Shown piece after piece: positions 1-12,816 of a DNA stretch of 64,000 bases. Made by a program: the position numbers and the translations under genes. The notes beneath the pieces are model-generated. The model did not search any database and was not told where the DNA came from. It saw nothing but the letters and a program-made list of their open reading frames with translations. Source of the DNA: Octopus sinensis (Eukaryota); contig NC_043013.1 of assembly GCF_006345805.1 (NCBI RefSeq), forward strand, positions 41,168,001-41,232,000. Reading direction: 5' to 3'. The stretch's first letter is position 1, and each line of letters opens with the position of its first letter.

Positions 1-1290
1 GCTTTGTAATTCCACCTCTGTTTCTGGTGTCTCTGTTGATGGTTCCTCAACATATTCTGTTCTTTGTTGCATTTCCTCCTCCATTGCTCCTCTTTATCTC
101 TGCTGTTCTTGGAGACTTCTTTCGGATCTTTTCGCTTTGACCGGTAGATTTAAAAAATAATTTCTTTGTAACTAAACACAAATAATTGTTGTTGTCAAAG
201 ATTCGGAGAGATTGTATTCACCTCAATAGACGTCATTGACTGGTTGAAATTGCCGAAATGCAAGGAATTAAACACCAAATATCTTACAAACTATAGAACT
301 TTCTCAAGAAAGCCAAGAGAAAAAGATGTTTTATAAACTCATTCTACCAGTATACGAAGTTTAAAAGTGTTTAGTTACAAAGAAATTATTTTAAAAATCT
401 GCCGGTCAAAGCGAAAAGATCCCTTCTTTCTTTCTCTTTTCCTGCTTTTTGTCTCTGCCTGTTTTTCTCTATGTGTCATAACAGCTATATCTGCGTATCT
501 TAATAACTCCCCCTCCAGACAATTTTTAAGTTTATGTCCTCTCTTGCCGCATTTGTAACATTTGGGTGGTCTTCCTGTCAGTATTATCTCCAACCTCTCT
601 CCCGTTGGCAGCTCTATTGTTTCTGGTACTTTCTCATAATACACTGGGGTTATAGTTCCGACAATTTCTAAACTAAATCCCCCAAAATTGCTGCATTCGG
701 TCTTGCTCCCTAACTGAATCTCCAGTTCTGAGTTTTTCTCCTGCAGTCTTTCGCCACAAATGCCCACTATCACCCACTCAGGCTCTATCATTGGTGGTAT
801 TCGCCCAACTTTGATTTTTTCTAATTTTTTCCCCGGTGTGCATGGTAATAGCGTCCATTTGTCTCCTTCTATCACGTCTTTAGCGTTCTGTGCTGTCTCT
901 TCTTCCGTTCCAAATGTTACTGCAACTGTCCCGTAATATTTTTCTTTTGTGATGAAAATTATTTCCTCGTCAATACAGCTCATTATTAGATCTTCTATTT
1001 CATTTTCTGGGGCTCTCTCAACCTTTCTGTTCTCATTAGAAAATGTTCTAAAAATTACTGTTTTTTCTTTCCTCTTTCGTTTTCTCTTCTTCTGGCATGA
1101 CTAGTTTTATGTTCGTTCCTTCTAGTTTCACCATTTTGCTGTACTTCCTCAACTTGTCCATATCGCACTCTATATTCACATCCTCTATCTTGTATGTGTT
1201 CTCGGTTTCCTGCGCTTTGGCGATCTCCGCATACGTCTTCATTTCTTCAGCTTCTCTCGCACCGCCTAACATGACATGACGGTTTCGCAT
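1..1290 (-). mobile_element. Gag-like ORF1 of a non-LTR retrotransposon (probably Tx1/L1-type), with one frameshift, interrupted by a MITE, running off the window start
   Basis: ORF 375..983 has a CCHC knuckle (RPPKCYKCGKRGHKLKNC). ORF 1048..1290 joins it through one frameshift near 1070 (TVIFRTFSNENRKVERAPENEIEDLIMSCIDEE). Removing the MITE at 124-422 restores an open frame to position 1 (ERKK|SPRTAEIKRSNGGG...). Confidence 0.65.
124..422. mobile_element. MITE (299 bp), about 55-bp TIRs starting GGATCTTTTCG, 8-bp TSD
   Basis: The terminal inverted repeats are ggatcttttcgctttgaccgg... and ...ccggtcaaagcgaaaagatcc. The TSD cttctttc is at 116-123 and 423-430. Confidence 0.9.
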
Positions 1291-1460
1291 CAGCCCATCT
1301 CACTTCTCAAAAATAAATTCAAAAACGGCTCTGGAGTAGCATGGCTTGCTTTTTTCTTTATTATTGGCACAATGGCCTGATTATATAAAGGGGACATAAC
1401 AAGACAAACGGGAACATAAAACAAATGATGTATGATGGATGGAATGATTAACATATAAAG

Positions 1461-1840
1461 GGCGCAGGAGTGGCTGTGTGGTAAGTAGCTTGTTTACCAA
1501 CCACATGGTTCCGGGTTCAGTCCCACTGCGTGGCACCTTGGGCAAGTGTCTTCTACTATAGCCTCGGGCCGACCAAAGCCTTGTGAGTGGATTTGGTAGA
1601 CGGAAACTGAAAGAAGCCCGTCGTATATATGTATATATATATATAAGCGTGTGTGTGTTTGTTTGTCTGTGTTTGTCCCCCTAGCATTGCTTGACAACCG
1701 ATGCTGGTGTGTTTATGTCCCCGTTACTTAGCGGTTCGGCAAAAGAGACCGATAGAATAAGTACTGGGCTTACAAAAGAATAAGTCCCGGGGTCGATTTG
1801 CTCGATTGAAAGCGGTGCTCCAGCATGGCCACAGTCAAAT
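1461..1840 (+). mobile_element. tRNA-derived SINE, family A (Octopus OR-type, CORE-like box)
   Basis: Head ggcgcaggagtggctgtgtggtaag...ggttcagtccc, then ccttgggcaagtg box, internal (TA)/(TG) tract and tail ggtgctccagcatggcc. Many copies occur in the window. Confidence 0.9.
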
Positions 1841-1849
1841 CATTAATTG

Positions 1850-2599
1850 TTAACATTAGTCTTTCTATTTTCCTTTTCTATTTTATCTTTTTTTCCAAGC
1901 ATTACATTTTTTCCTTTTTTTTTACAACAATTTCACAAACCAATAACACAAGTTCAATTCTCAGTTCATTTGCAGTTCAATTCACATTTTTTTTAAAAAC
2001 ATTAGTTGCATTATACTCGTAATTATACTTACCGTCTACGTTTTTTCACCACACTTATTCTTCACACGACATTTCTTCTTCCTCTCGTTCTCTCTCTTTT
2101 CTTGTGTTTTCCTTCTCGAGTCTACTGTTTCGTTCACATCTTCTTCCGTTTGTGTATCTGTAATTTCTCCCGGCTGCAAATACGTCTCTTCCATCTGTTC
2201 TTCTTTATCTTTGAGCTTAAACAACTCTAGATTTTCTCGCTCTGTTTCGTCTTCGTTTTGCAGTAACATTGCTCTCTCTATCTCTTCTATAGTTGGTTCC
2301 TCAGTGTTACCGTTCTGATGTTATATTCTCTACTATTCCTTTACTTTTTTTCGTTTCTTCTAAAGTTGGTGACTTTTTACGTTCTCTCTTCCTGCTCTTC
2401 ACAATATTCGTTCTATTATTGTTCTCCTTCTTCTATTCGTCGTCGGCTGCTTTTTCTTCCACCGTTGTTTCCAACCTTTTCTCTTCTTCTGTATTCGGGC
2501 ATTTCCTTCGCATATACCCCCTTATGCCAAACAAGTAGCATTTTTTTTTTGGGGGGGGGGTCTTCCTTGCAGCACGATATCCCACTTTTCACCGGTCGG

Positions 2600-2600
<1 letters not shown>
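1850..2600 (-). pseudogene. Second, diverged, 5'-truncated copy of the CCHC gag-like ORF1
   Basis: The minus strand reads LPTGEKWDIVLQGRPP..KCYLFGIRGYMRRKCP, versus LPTGERLEIILTGRPPKCYKCGKRGHKLKNC in ORF 375..983. A charged low-complexity tail follows. Confidence 0.6.
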
Positions 2601-2644
<44 letters not shown>

Positions 2645-2645
<1 letters not shown>

Positions 2646-2852
2646 GTGTGTGTGTGTTTGTCGTGCACCACTTCTTGACAACCGATCTTTTCACCCTCGT
2701 AATTTAGCGGTTCAGCAAGCTCTTGATAGAGTAAGTACCAGCTTACAAAAAGTACTGGGGGTAGATTCATTCGAATAAGAATTCTTCAAGACGGTGCCCC
2801 AGCATGGCCGCAGTCTAATGACTGAAACAAGTAAACGATAAAAGATAAAAGG
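2645..2852 (+). mobile_element. SINE family A, 3' half
   Basis: Contains cttgacaaccga...gcggttc...ccccagcatggccgcagtctaatgactgaaacaagtaaa. Confidence 0.8.
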
Positions 2853-3002
2853 TATTTTCTGCGAATTTTATCTTGTAACGGTTAACATTTTAAAATCAAC
2901 CTTTTTCAACAGTGAATTCAGCAAGCACGTATGCACGCTTGTGTTATGTCGACAATATCAATTTAGTAATTCATTTATTTGTAGGGAAAAATATTTCTTT
3001 CT

Positions 3003-3348
3003 TTTTTCTTTATTCTTTGGCTTGTTGCACTCATCTGACTGCAACCATGCTGGGGCACCGCGGGACTTATTTCTTGAGCCTAGAACTTATTCTATCGGAC
3101 TTTTTTTACGGAACCGCTAATCTACGGGGACATAAACACACAAATACCGGTTGTCAAGCCGAGATGGGGTATAGATACATATATATATATACAGCGGGCT
3201 TCTTTCAATTTCCGTCGACCAGATCTACTCACAACGCTTTGGTCGGCTCATGACTATAGTAGAAGACACTTACCCAGGGTACCACGAAGTGAGACTGAAC
3301 CTGGAGCCATGTGGTTGGGAAGCAAACTTCTTACCACACAGCCACACC
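3003..3348 (-). mobile_element. SINE family A
   Basis: Reverse complement of the family A head and tail. Confidence 0.85.
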
Positions 3349-3367
3349 TTATCTATTTATTTTTAAT

Positions 3368-3604
3368 CTTTCATATTTTACTTGCTTCAGTCATTGGATT
3401 GCGACCAAGCTGGGGCACCGCCTCCACGGTTTTAGTCGAACGAATCGATCCCAGTAATTTTGCTTAAACTCTGATACTTATTCTATCGATTTCTTTTGCC
3501 GAACCGCTAAGTCACATGGAAGTAAACAAACCAAAATCATTAGTCAAGCGATGGAGTGGGAACAAGTGCAAACACACACACACACACACACATACACACA
3601 CACA

Positions 3605-3639
<35 letters not shown>

Positions 3640-3803
3640 GGCAGGCTTTCACAGTTTCTGTCAACCAAATCTATTCAAAAGGCAGCCAGTGGTTGGCTCG
3701 CGGCTATAGTAAAAGACAGCTGCCCAAGGGTGCCACACAGTGGAACTGAAACTGTGATCACATGGTTGCAAAGCGAGCTTCTTAACCACTCAGTCATGCC
3801 TAC
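3368..3803 (-). mobile_element. SINE family A with internal (CA)n
   Basis: Reverse complement of the family A head and tail. Confidence 0.85.
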
Positions 3804-3861
3804 CCCTAATGAAATATCTCTTGAACTATCATTCTGTAATCTTCAAGTTATTTCATCATCC

Positions 3862-5095
3862 GGATCTTTTCCTTTTGATGGACGGAATTTTCTAGTTAAC
3901 TAAAAAATTTGAAACTACGTATACTGGTAGAATGTGTCAAAAGAAAACATTCTTGTAAACAAAATTGAAAACAAAATTGTAAGTTGTAAGTTTAACGTAG
4001 TTTAATTATTCGAATTTTAACCAATGAAATCCGAGCATTTGAGCTCAAATCATTTGCTGCGTTATCGATATTGATAAAGAAACATAGCAGACGCATGCCG
4101 CATACACACACATATTCAGATACATACACACGTACACTTGCACACACACACACACACACTCTCTCTCTCTCTGTCACTCTCTCTCTCTCTCAAACACATG
4201 CATATACATTTGCACAAGCACATAGTAATTAATATATAAGCGTACACACACATACAAACGGAGATATACATACACACACATACGCATACAAGCATACATA
4301 CACGTTCGTGAGTTGCCCCTTGCCGCAACAAATTTACACAAAAGGTAAATAAACCAGAAGGGTGGGATCAATGTTTCATCGTTTCGGTGTCGATAGAATC
4401 GACTTAATACTTTTGTATCTCATGCTTTGCCCCCTCTGTGTTTTACCCCTTGCCGCAACAAATTTACACAAAAGGTAAATAAACCAGTAGGAGGGGGGAT
4501 CAATGTTTCATCGTTTCGGGGTCGATAAATTAAGTACCAATTATGCACTGGTGTCGAGGATTTTTTCCCCAATTTATATCACAGCTTCCGACAAGCTGGA
4601 GCATCCTTTTATGAAAAAATATTTCGCAAATTTTTACAATACGACTCACACTCCACGCGCAAACTCTAGACCGCTTTAGGCATATTATTGTTTTGTTTTT
4701 GTTGTTTCTGGCCCTTCAAAACCATGGGAGAAGCCTTTTCGGTAAAAAAAAAATAAAGAAAATATTCAAAAATATCGTTAATATTTTTATTGGGCGACGA
4801 AATTCATCGATTTAAGAGATATAGCTGTTATTTCTAGCACATGCAGAAGACAGAAGACAGAAGAGAGAGAAGGATGAATAAGACGTGTGTGTGTGTGAGT
4901 TTTTAGACGCAGCAAATGATTTGAGCTCAAATGCTGCGATTTCATTGGTTAAAATTCGAATAATTAAACTACGTTAAACTTACAAATTACAATTTTGTTT
5001 ACAATAATGTTTTCTTTTGACACATTCTACCAGTATACGAAGTTTCAAATTGTTTAGTTAACTAGAAAATTCCGTCCATCAAAAGGAAAAGATCC
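3862..5095. mobile_element. Non-autonomous DNA transposon (1234 bp), about 200-bp TIRs starting GGATCTTTTCC, 8-bp TSD
   Basis: TIRs at 3862-~4065 and ~4905-5095. TSD catcatcc at 3854-3861 and 5096-5103. Same terminal motif as the MITE at 124-422. Confidence 0.9.
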
Positions 5096-5215
5096 CATCA
5101 TCCTTTGTTCCGAATCTAGTTGCTGTATTCATTACACCTGCTTCGTTGTTTTTTTATTTGTAAATAAAGAGCCACCAAGCTTCAGAAGAAATTTCCTTTA
5201 TCATTTAATAATCAT

Positions 5216-5284
<69 letters not shown>

Positions 5285-5456
5285 GCACACGCACACGCAC
5301 ACACACACACACACGCACACACATATATAGGGAGATAGAAAGGGGGAGATAGACAGATATATTGATAGATGCATAGATAGATTGATAAATAAACAGACAA
5401 ACAACCAGACATATACATACATACATACATACATACATACATACATAGACGGATAA

Positions 5457-5510
<54 letters not shown>

Positions 5511-6247
5511 GATATAGATAGATAGACACACAGACCGACACACCGACTGACGCACATACATACAGACAGACAGACAGATGGATATGCGAAATAATGCCAA
5601 TTTAACAGTAAAATTTTTAGAATTTGTCAGGTTTAGAAAACGATTGTTGCTTGCTCAAAATATAAAATTCATTCTTCCGTTTTCAATGTTGTTTTTCCCA
5701 TTTCCAAATTCGGAGAAAACCGCCAAGAAAAAAATAAAGAACAAAATAAAGCAAAATGGTTTTATGAACAGGTATTAAAACGTCTTCCCACTTCTTCTCA
5801 CTTTTAGTACGGTAGCGATATTTGCATGGCAAATTAAACACGTGCATTTCTCTTTAATCACTTGGAACAAAAATTGTTCATTCCATTGTTTGTTCTAATG
5901 GTATATCTTTTTGCTTTTAAGTTGATGGAAATCCATCATTAATGGTTTTTTCCACCCCCACCCCCGCAAAAAAAAAAGAAATACTAAAATTAAAACTAAA
6001 AATACGAAAATAAAAATAAAATATAAAATTATAACAACAAAAATGAAAACAATAATTATAATAAAAATAACAATCTATTATATATATATATATATAATAT
6101 ATATATATTATATATATAATATATATATATATTATTTATATATATATATTATAATATATATATATATAGATATATTTATTTATATATAGATATATCTATA
6201 TTATATATATACACACATACATACATATATATATATGTATGTATGTG

Positions 6248-6281
<34 letters not shown>

Positions 6282-6375
6282 GTATATATATATATTATAT
6301 ATATATATATATATATATTATATGTGTGTACATATTATATATATATATATATGTATATATATATTATATATATAT

Positions 6376-6435
<60 letters not shown>

Positions 6436-7113
6436 ACACCAAAATATTCGTGTGCATATTAAAATGTTTGCGATATGGATTTTGAGCTAATCATTCAATT
6501 AATTTCATTTTCCCGTTGGTTAGAAAGAAACTCATATCCGCCATGTTGAGTGATTATAGCGTGCATTTAAAAATGGATTTCCGTATAATGTATGATGTGA
6601 TTTATCTTGTTGCTAATATTAATCAGGTGGGTTTCTTTTTTTTGAAAAGAAAAATAAGAAAAAAAGCAATAATTTCAATTGCTCTTTACCTGATATATTT
6701 CCTAAATTCGTTGATATAATTTGTATTTTATGATCAATTTTTTTTTGTCAATAAATATATATATATATAAAGAGGTTTTGTATTTGGTCTGCCATATTCT
6801 TGATGTGAACGTATGAGTTGATGCATATTTCATTGTATCCCGAGAGGGTCGTGTTTTTCTTTTTATATTAGTTAAATGATCCGCTGGAGATAAACAAAAT
6901 CTAAAATAAAAAAAAAACGTTTCGTTTTTTGCATTTGGCTTTGTTCTCATTGCTGTGACTTAACCAAATATTTTAATCATCTTGAGCAGAGATGTGAAAT
7001 AGATGATCCGCAGCAAAGCTTGGTTATGCCTTCGGCTAAATTCTATAATAAAAATAATTAATGTTATTTCGTTTGCATGCGTTCAAAGTCTGAGCCCACC
7101 AAGATTCCCGATA

Positions 7114-7438
7114 TTCTTTTATTCTTTTACTACTTTCTGTCATTTGACTGCGACTATTCTGGAGCACTGCCTCAAAGGGTTTTAGCCTAGTACTTATTTT
7201 ATCGGTCACTTTTGCTGAACTGCTAAGTTAGGGGGGCGTAAACACATCAACATCGGTTGTCAAGCGATGGTGGGAGAGGTCAAACAAACACACACATATA
7301 ACTTTTGTCAATCAAATCCACTCACAAGGCTTTGGTCAGCCCGAGGCTATAGTAGAAAACACTTGCGCAAGGTGCCACGCAGTGGAACTGAAACCAGAAC
7401 CCTGTGGTTGGGAAGCAAGCTTCTTACCACACAACCAC
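7114..7438 (-). mobile_element. SINE family A
   Basis: Reverse complement of the family A consensus. Confidence 0.8.
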
Positions 7439-7965
7439 AACCAAATATTTTAATTACCTGTAGCAGAGATGCTTAATATACGACCTACAGCAATGTATGG
7501 TCACGCATTCGTTTCAATTTTATAATAGAAAAAATTATTGATATCTAAAAATCTAAAACGGTCTATTAAATAAAGCCTAAAGTCAGAATTAACACCAATT
7601 CTGATATCTCAAATAACTGTTTTATAGTAAATCTCTCGTCATTTTAATCAGTAAAAGAAAAAAAAAAAAAGATTTATTAATCCCTCTACAGAAAGATGTA
7701 TTGTCTTCCAGCTTTACTTTGCCTGTAGATGCTGAGCTAAACTGAAGTTTGTCCTTTTTACCTGTTGGTTCGAATCGATTCTAGTGACACGTACGCTATT
7801 CGAAGACTTTACTGCTGAAACAGTGCAAAGCTTTCTATCAAGTATTGATCAAGAACTATATTCACTCATTTGAACAATTTATATAGCCGTTTTCATTCTA
7901 AGTACTCTTACTAAGAATATATATACAAAGCATTTCGCCGGCTTGCGAACGATTCTGTCAGGTCA

Positions 7966-8038
<73 letters not shown>

Positions 8039-8073
8039 ATATATTTTATATATATAATATAATATATATATAT

Positions 8074-8104
<31 letters not shown>

Positions 8105-9013
8105 TATATATATAATATATAAATATATATATATATCTATATAATCAACAGCCTGACGCTCCTTTCGACATCCTTAACGCAATCTTGGGGCAGTACCGCC
8201 CACGTTGAGAACCTCTGTTCTATAAGGTCGTTTAGTATGCTAGAAATACTAGGGACCACGATGGATTCAAAAGTATTTTTTTAAAAACATAATTGTAATA
8301 ATTTACAACATCGAAATGTATGAGGAAACAAAATTGAGAAGCGTGAAATGTTTGCTCATACTCAATTTTTGCTTCTTCATTTTCATTTACGATATAATCG
8401 TAATCAACACCATCTGAAATTATTTGTAGAAAATTTTGTTAAAAAATCTGCACATTTTGCTGAAAGTAATAAGGAAACAAAGTCGAAGCACGTAAATCAT
8501 CCGAAACTCCACACCACACCGAAAAAGGTTTTCCCAACAAATTCCGATGTGATCGTCATATGGAAAGTTTCATTAAATCTATCTATTTTCCAGAAAGTTA
8601 GGAGGAAACAAACTCGGTGAGGGTGAGACACTCTTCTGTAGTTATGCTCTAAATTTTTTTATTGAGCAAATAAGGCCCCAGTTTGGGAGTTCTGGTGTTA
8701 TGAAGAGCGTGTGGAGTCACCCCTTAATTATCATTACTCCCAAGTCCGTTTTGATTCGGATCTGTAGAACCTGACAGGGTCCCATCAATCAGTTAAATAG
8801 ATTTTTGTAAGGGTAGATTGTTGAGCTCCTTAGCTGCGGTGAAAGCAACAAAACTAGGAGAAGGAAACCTCCAAAATTAATACTCTTTCAAGATGCCCTA
8901 AGACAGCAGGAAGAGTATGGCTTATAAAACTAACGTAAGACATGCTCAGTAACATAGACTCATATAATACAAGCAAGTATCTCATGTTTGTGCACAAATA
9001 GCGGTAAATGATC

Positions 9014-9100
<87 letters not shown>

Positions 9101-10914
9101 ATACATACAAATATGCATACACGCATACAAAAGTAGATGCCTACATACTTACATTCGTACACACACACACACCACACACGAACACACACACATGTACATA
9201 AGCACACATACATACACATCTACAAATATCGAATTAACGATTTACTGAACAATATTAATTAACAGAATAAGTTACATATTGGATGACAAATGGAATAATA
9301 TTGATTTACAGAATAAATTTATGTTAGATAAAGGATTTATTAAATAATGCTGACTTAGTCTGTGTCGTAAGAAGTTTGCTTCTCAACCAAATGGTTCAGT
9401 CCCACTGTGCGGTACTTTGGGTATGTGTCTTTTACAATAGCCAACTGACTGCCAGTATTTATTATGCTCAATGAATCAGATCTGGTCTCTCATATCTATC
9501 CTACAATATCATTCTAAAAGGAAATAAACACATCATTGAAATCTTGAAGCTACAAAGTAATGCACGATTAATTCAAAGCAATGCGAACGAAAGAGCATTA
9601 CATTTGACACCGTAATCAGAATGCAAAAGGCGTTTGTTTTCATTGGATGCCTCTGTGTGAAACCACCGTGGTTAGGCTATACGTTTTAAAGATTTCGATG
9701 CTGATAAAATAAAGAACTGTAACGATGACATTCGCAGTCTCTCGGGGATTAGTAAGGTTAATGCGGTTGATGTGATGTTCATCTTGAATACCTGCAAGCG
9801 GAAATGTAGGAAGACATGTTGGAATAACGTGAATAGCAAGGAGATTCTTGTCTTGGATGGTTAATGTCAGTCTTACACGCTCCAATTTTTTTTTTATTTC
9901 AACGCACAATCTCGGAACAAATCACTACTTGCTAATTAGGTACATCACACACACACACACTCGCTCTCACACACAAATATATGTATATTTCTCTCTCTCT
10001 CTCTCACTCTCTCTCTCTTTATGTATATATATATATGTATGTATATTAATATATGTATACACACAAATATTACAAATCAATGTATATATATATGTGTGTG
10101 TGTGTGTGTTATGTATGTAAATATATGTATATTAAGTTATTAATAACGAGAGAAATATACTATGATAAAATTTAATTAACCATTGGAAATTCTTATTCAA
10201 CAACAATTTCAATTTTTAAAAAAATAATTACTTTTATCTTTGAACTTCTAATTTTTGATTTAATATTTTACTTATTTCTGCTGTTGATATCAATCCCTAT
10301 ATTTCATAAACATTGTCTCTAAGAACCTTTATTTAGTATCACTTCATTATTATATCATTATCATTATTATATTCTCTCTATCTTTACAATTTTTAATTTT
10401 CTATGTTATTAATGATAAATATATCATTTTCCTTCTCTTATACAAAAATTATTTACTAGTTACTTTTTAATATCTTACTAATTTTTTCCTTCACTTCTTT
10501 AGAAAACTGTCTTATTAATATCTACTAATGTTATTCTTATTGCTTTCCATATTTTCTAAGTTGTTTTTTATTAAATATTGATTTTCATTCTTGAAATATG
10601 TCGAGGGATTATTTTTTAACATGGATTTCTTTTAACCTGAAGAGCTAGATTAATATCTACGTTAATTAAAAGATTATTTATATTAATGCAGACATGCAAA
10701 TAATTCATTACTTATTACAGATATAATAAAATGAATTACTCATATATGTTTTATTAAGTTGTAAAACATTTCTCGTCAAATAAGAATTTCCAATGGTTAA
10801 ATAAATTTTATCATACTATATTTTCTCTCGTTTATATGATTTGCATGATGAGACATTAAGGGGCTTTTTTTATAAGTACCTCCTGATTAGTTGAATCCAT
10901 TTAATGTAACTTAA

Positions 10915-10964
<50 letters not shown>

Positions 10965-10967
10965 ATA

Positions 10968-11186
10968 TAATTAACAGAATGAGATAAAAATCCAGGGTGT
11001 GAAAGATTCAGAACATTTATAAGTAGGTCTTAAGCTGTTTTCCGGGATATTTTATACATCCTTCATCGGAGACGGTGCGAGAAGATGGTTAAGCAATAGT
11101 TAAGCATCTTCTCTAGAATACCCATTACTTCTCTTTTAAATGTTCTGAAATCTTTCAGAGCCTTGGATTTTTATCTCATTCTGTTA

Positions 11187-11189
<3 letters not shown>
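10968..11189. mobile_element. Short fold-back element with about 54-bp inverted ends inside (TA)n, probably Penelope pLTR-derived
   Basis: aattaacagaatgagataaaaatccagg...agaacattt versus aaatgttctg...ggatttttatctcattctgttaatt. The minus strand has a ccgatgaag...ggaaaac motif typical of pLTR ends. Confidence 0.6.
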
Positions 11190-11246
<57 letters not shown>

Positions 11247-11247
11247 T

Positions 11248-11451
11248 AAAGGAAATGAAGAAAATGCTGACAAAATAATTTGAGTAGGGGAGAGTGATTT
11301 TAATTAGGTGAAAGTTATTTTTACCGGTTGCGCATTTGTTATGCTTATCAAAAGATATTTTTCTAGGAGAGATAGAGTTCCTTTCTGATAGATTTTTTTC
11401 CTTCTCTTATCTGACTCAAATTATTTTGTCAGCATTTTCTTCATTTCCTTT
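11248..11451. mobile_element. Short fold-back element with 38-bp inverted ends inside (TA)n
   Basis: aaaggaaatgaagaaaatgctgacaaaataatttgagt (11248-11285) and its reverse complement at 11414-11451. Confidence 0.7.
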
Positions 11452-11651
11452 TTTTATATATCACAACTCGTGTTCCACATCTCCTTTTTTAAATATATAT
11501 ATATATATATATATATAGGCATGCTAATATATGACCTACGTTGGACACCTCATTTGCATAATCACCGAATCTGGAGCTTAACTATAGTCTGTCCATAGCG
11601 CTTACTCAGCATTACCTGACACTTTTTGACACCATTACCTCTCATAACCTG

Positions 11652-11710
<59 letters not shown>

Positions 11711-12495
11711 ATAGGGAGAAAGAGAGAGAGAGACGGAGAGACGGAGAGAGTTGCCAACCAGAACAGTATGCTAAAAATATTTTTGTAAGTTCATTTGTTT
11801 AAAATCGATTATTTGCTATTAAAATGGTGTCAGACTTACGTCCAATGCGTTCTGTCAGGTTATATTTCAGTGAACGAAGTAAAACAAGACGACGGTGTGA
11901 ACTGATACTGTTTCTTCTTAGCCCTCATTCCTTAGTGTAGACGTGGAAGTGAACTTCACTGCCCTCTGGTGGTGTTGTTGCATATCAAGGGGAGATGATT
12001 ATTATTTATTGTGTATGATTCAGCAAGTGATCTACATTCTTTGACACAAATATTCCATACATGAATGTCCCCTGCAACGACAACAGGGGCCACTTGTTGA
12101 TCATGATGCACTTTCATGTATCATTTTAAATCCCCGACTGATAGGTGAACCATGCCACATTCATGGCATATACATTTCGTATAAGGCGCAATCTCAATCA
12201 ACGTTTTATGCGTCGTTTGTTTTGTGATATATACAGCAACACAGAAGAGTTTGTTCCTATAAAAAAACAAAAACAAAAAAAACCAAAGCAAAAAACTCCC
12301 CTGTTTCGGCTTGTTTCCTGTCTGTACTCCGTGGCAAACATAACTGTAGAATCCAGCCAAATCAAACTCAGACTATAATACGAGTCATCCTCATAGTTTC
12401 CACTTGGATTTATAGGAATACATATGGTGTTTTAAATTCGGGCCATTTGTCATTTTGTCATATAACTCATATTTAGACCACACTGTATGTATTAT

Positions 12496-12595
12496 NNNNN
12501 NNNNNNNNNNNNNNNNNNNNNNNNNNNNNNNNNNNNNNNNNNNNNNNNNNNNNNNNNNNNNNNNNNNNNNNNNNNNNNNNNNNNNNNNNNNNNNN
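12496..12595. other. Assembly gap (100 N)
   Basis: A run of exactly 100 N, typical of a placeholder for a gap of unknown size. Confidence 0.99.
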
Positions 12596-12694
12596 TATGG
12601 GTCTCTTTTGCCGAACCACTGATTTACAGGGACTAAGTTACACATCAACATCGGCTGCCAAACGATGGTAGGGAAAAACACACACACAAACACA

Positions 12695-12741
<47 letters not shown>

Positions 12742-12816
12742 TATATATATATTATATATATATATATAATATATATATACATATACATACACACACACAC
12801 ACACACATATATTTAT

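Noticed and set aside
1461-1540. tRNA-like heads with A and B boxes in many places
   Set aside because: These are SINE heads. They continue into SINE bodies and lack a complete cloverleaf with an acceptor stem.
9680-9890. Possible exon (minus-strand acceptor ttccgcttgcag; plus-strand frame FKDFDADKIKNCNDDIRSL)
   Set aside because: No matching donor/acceptor pair on one strand and no recognisable protein motif.
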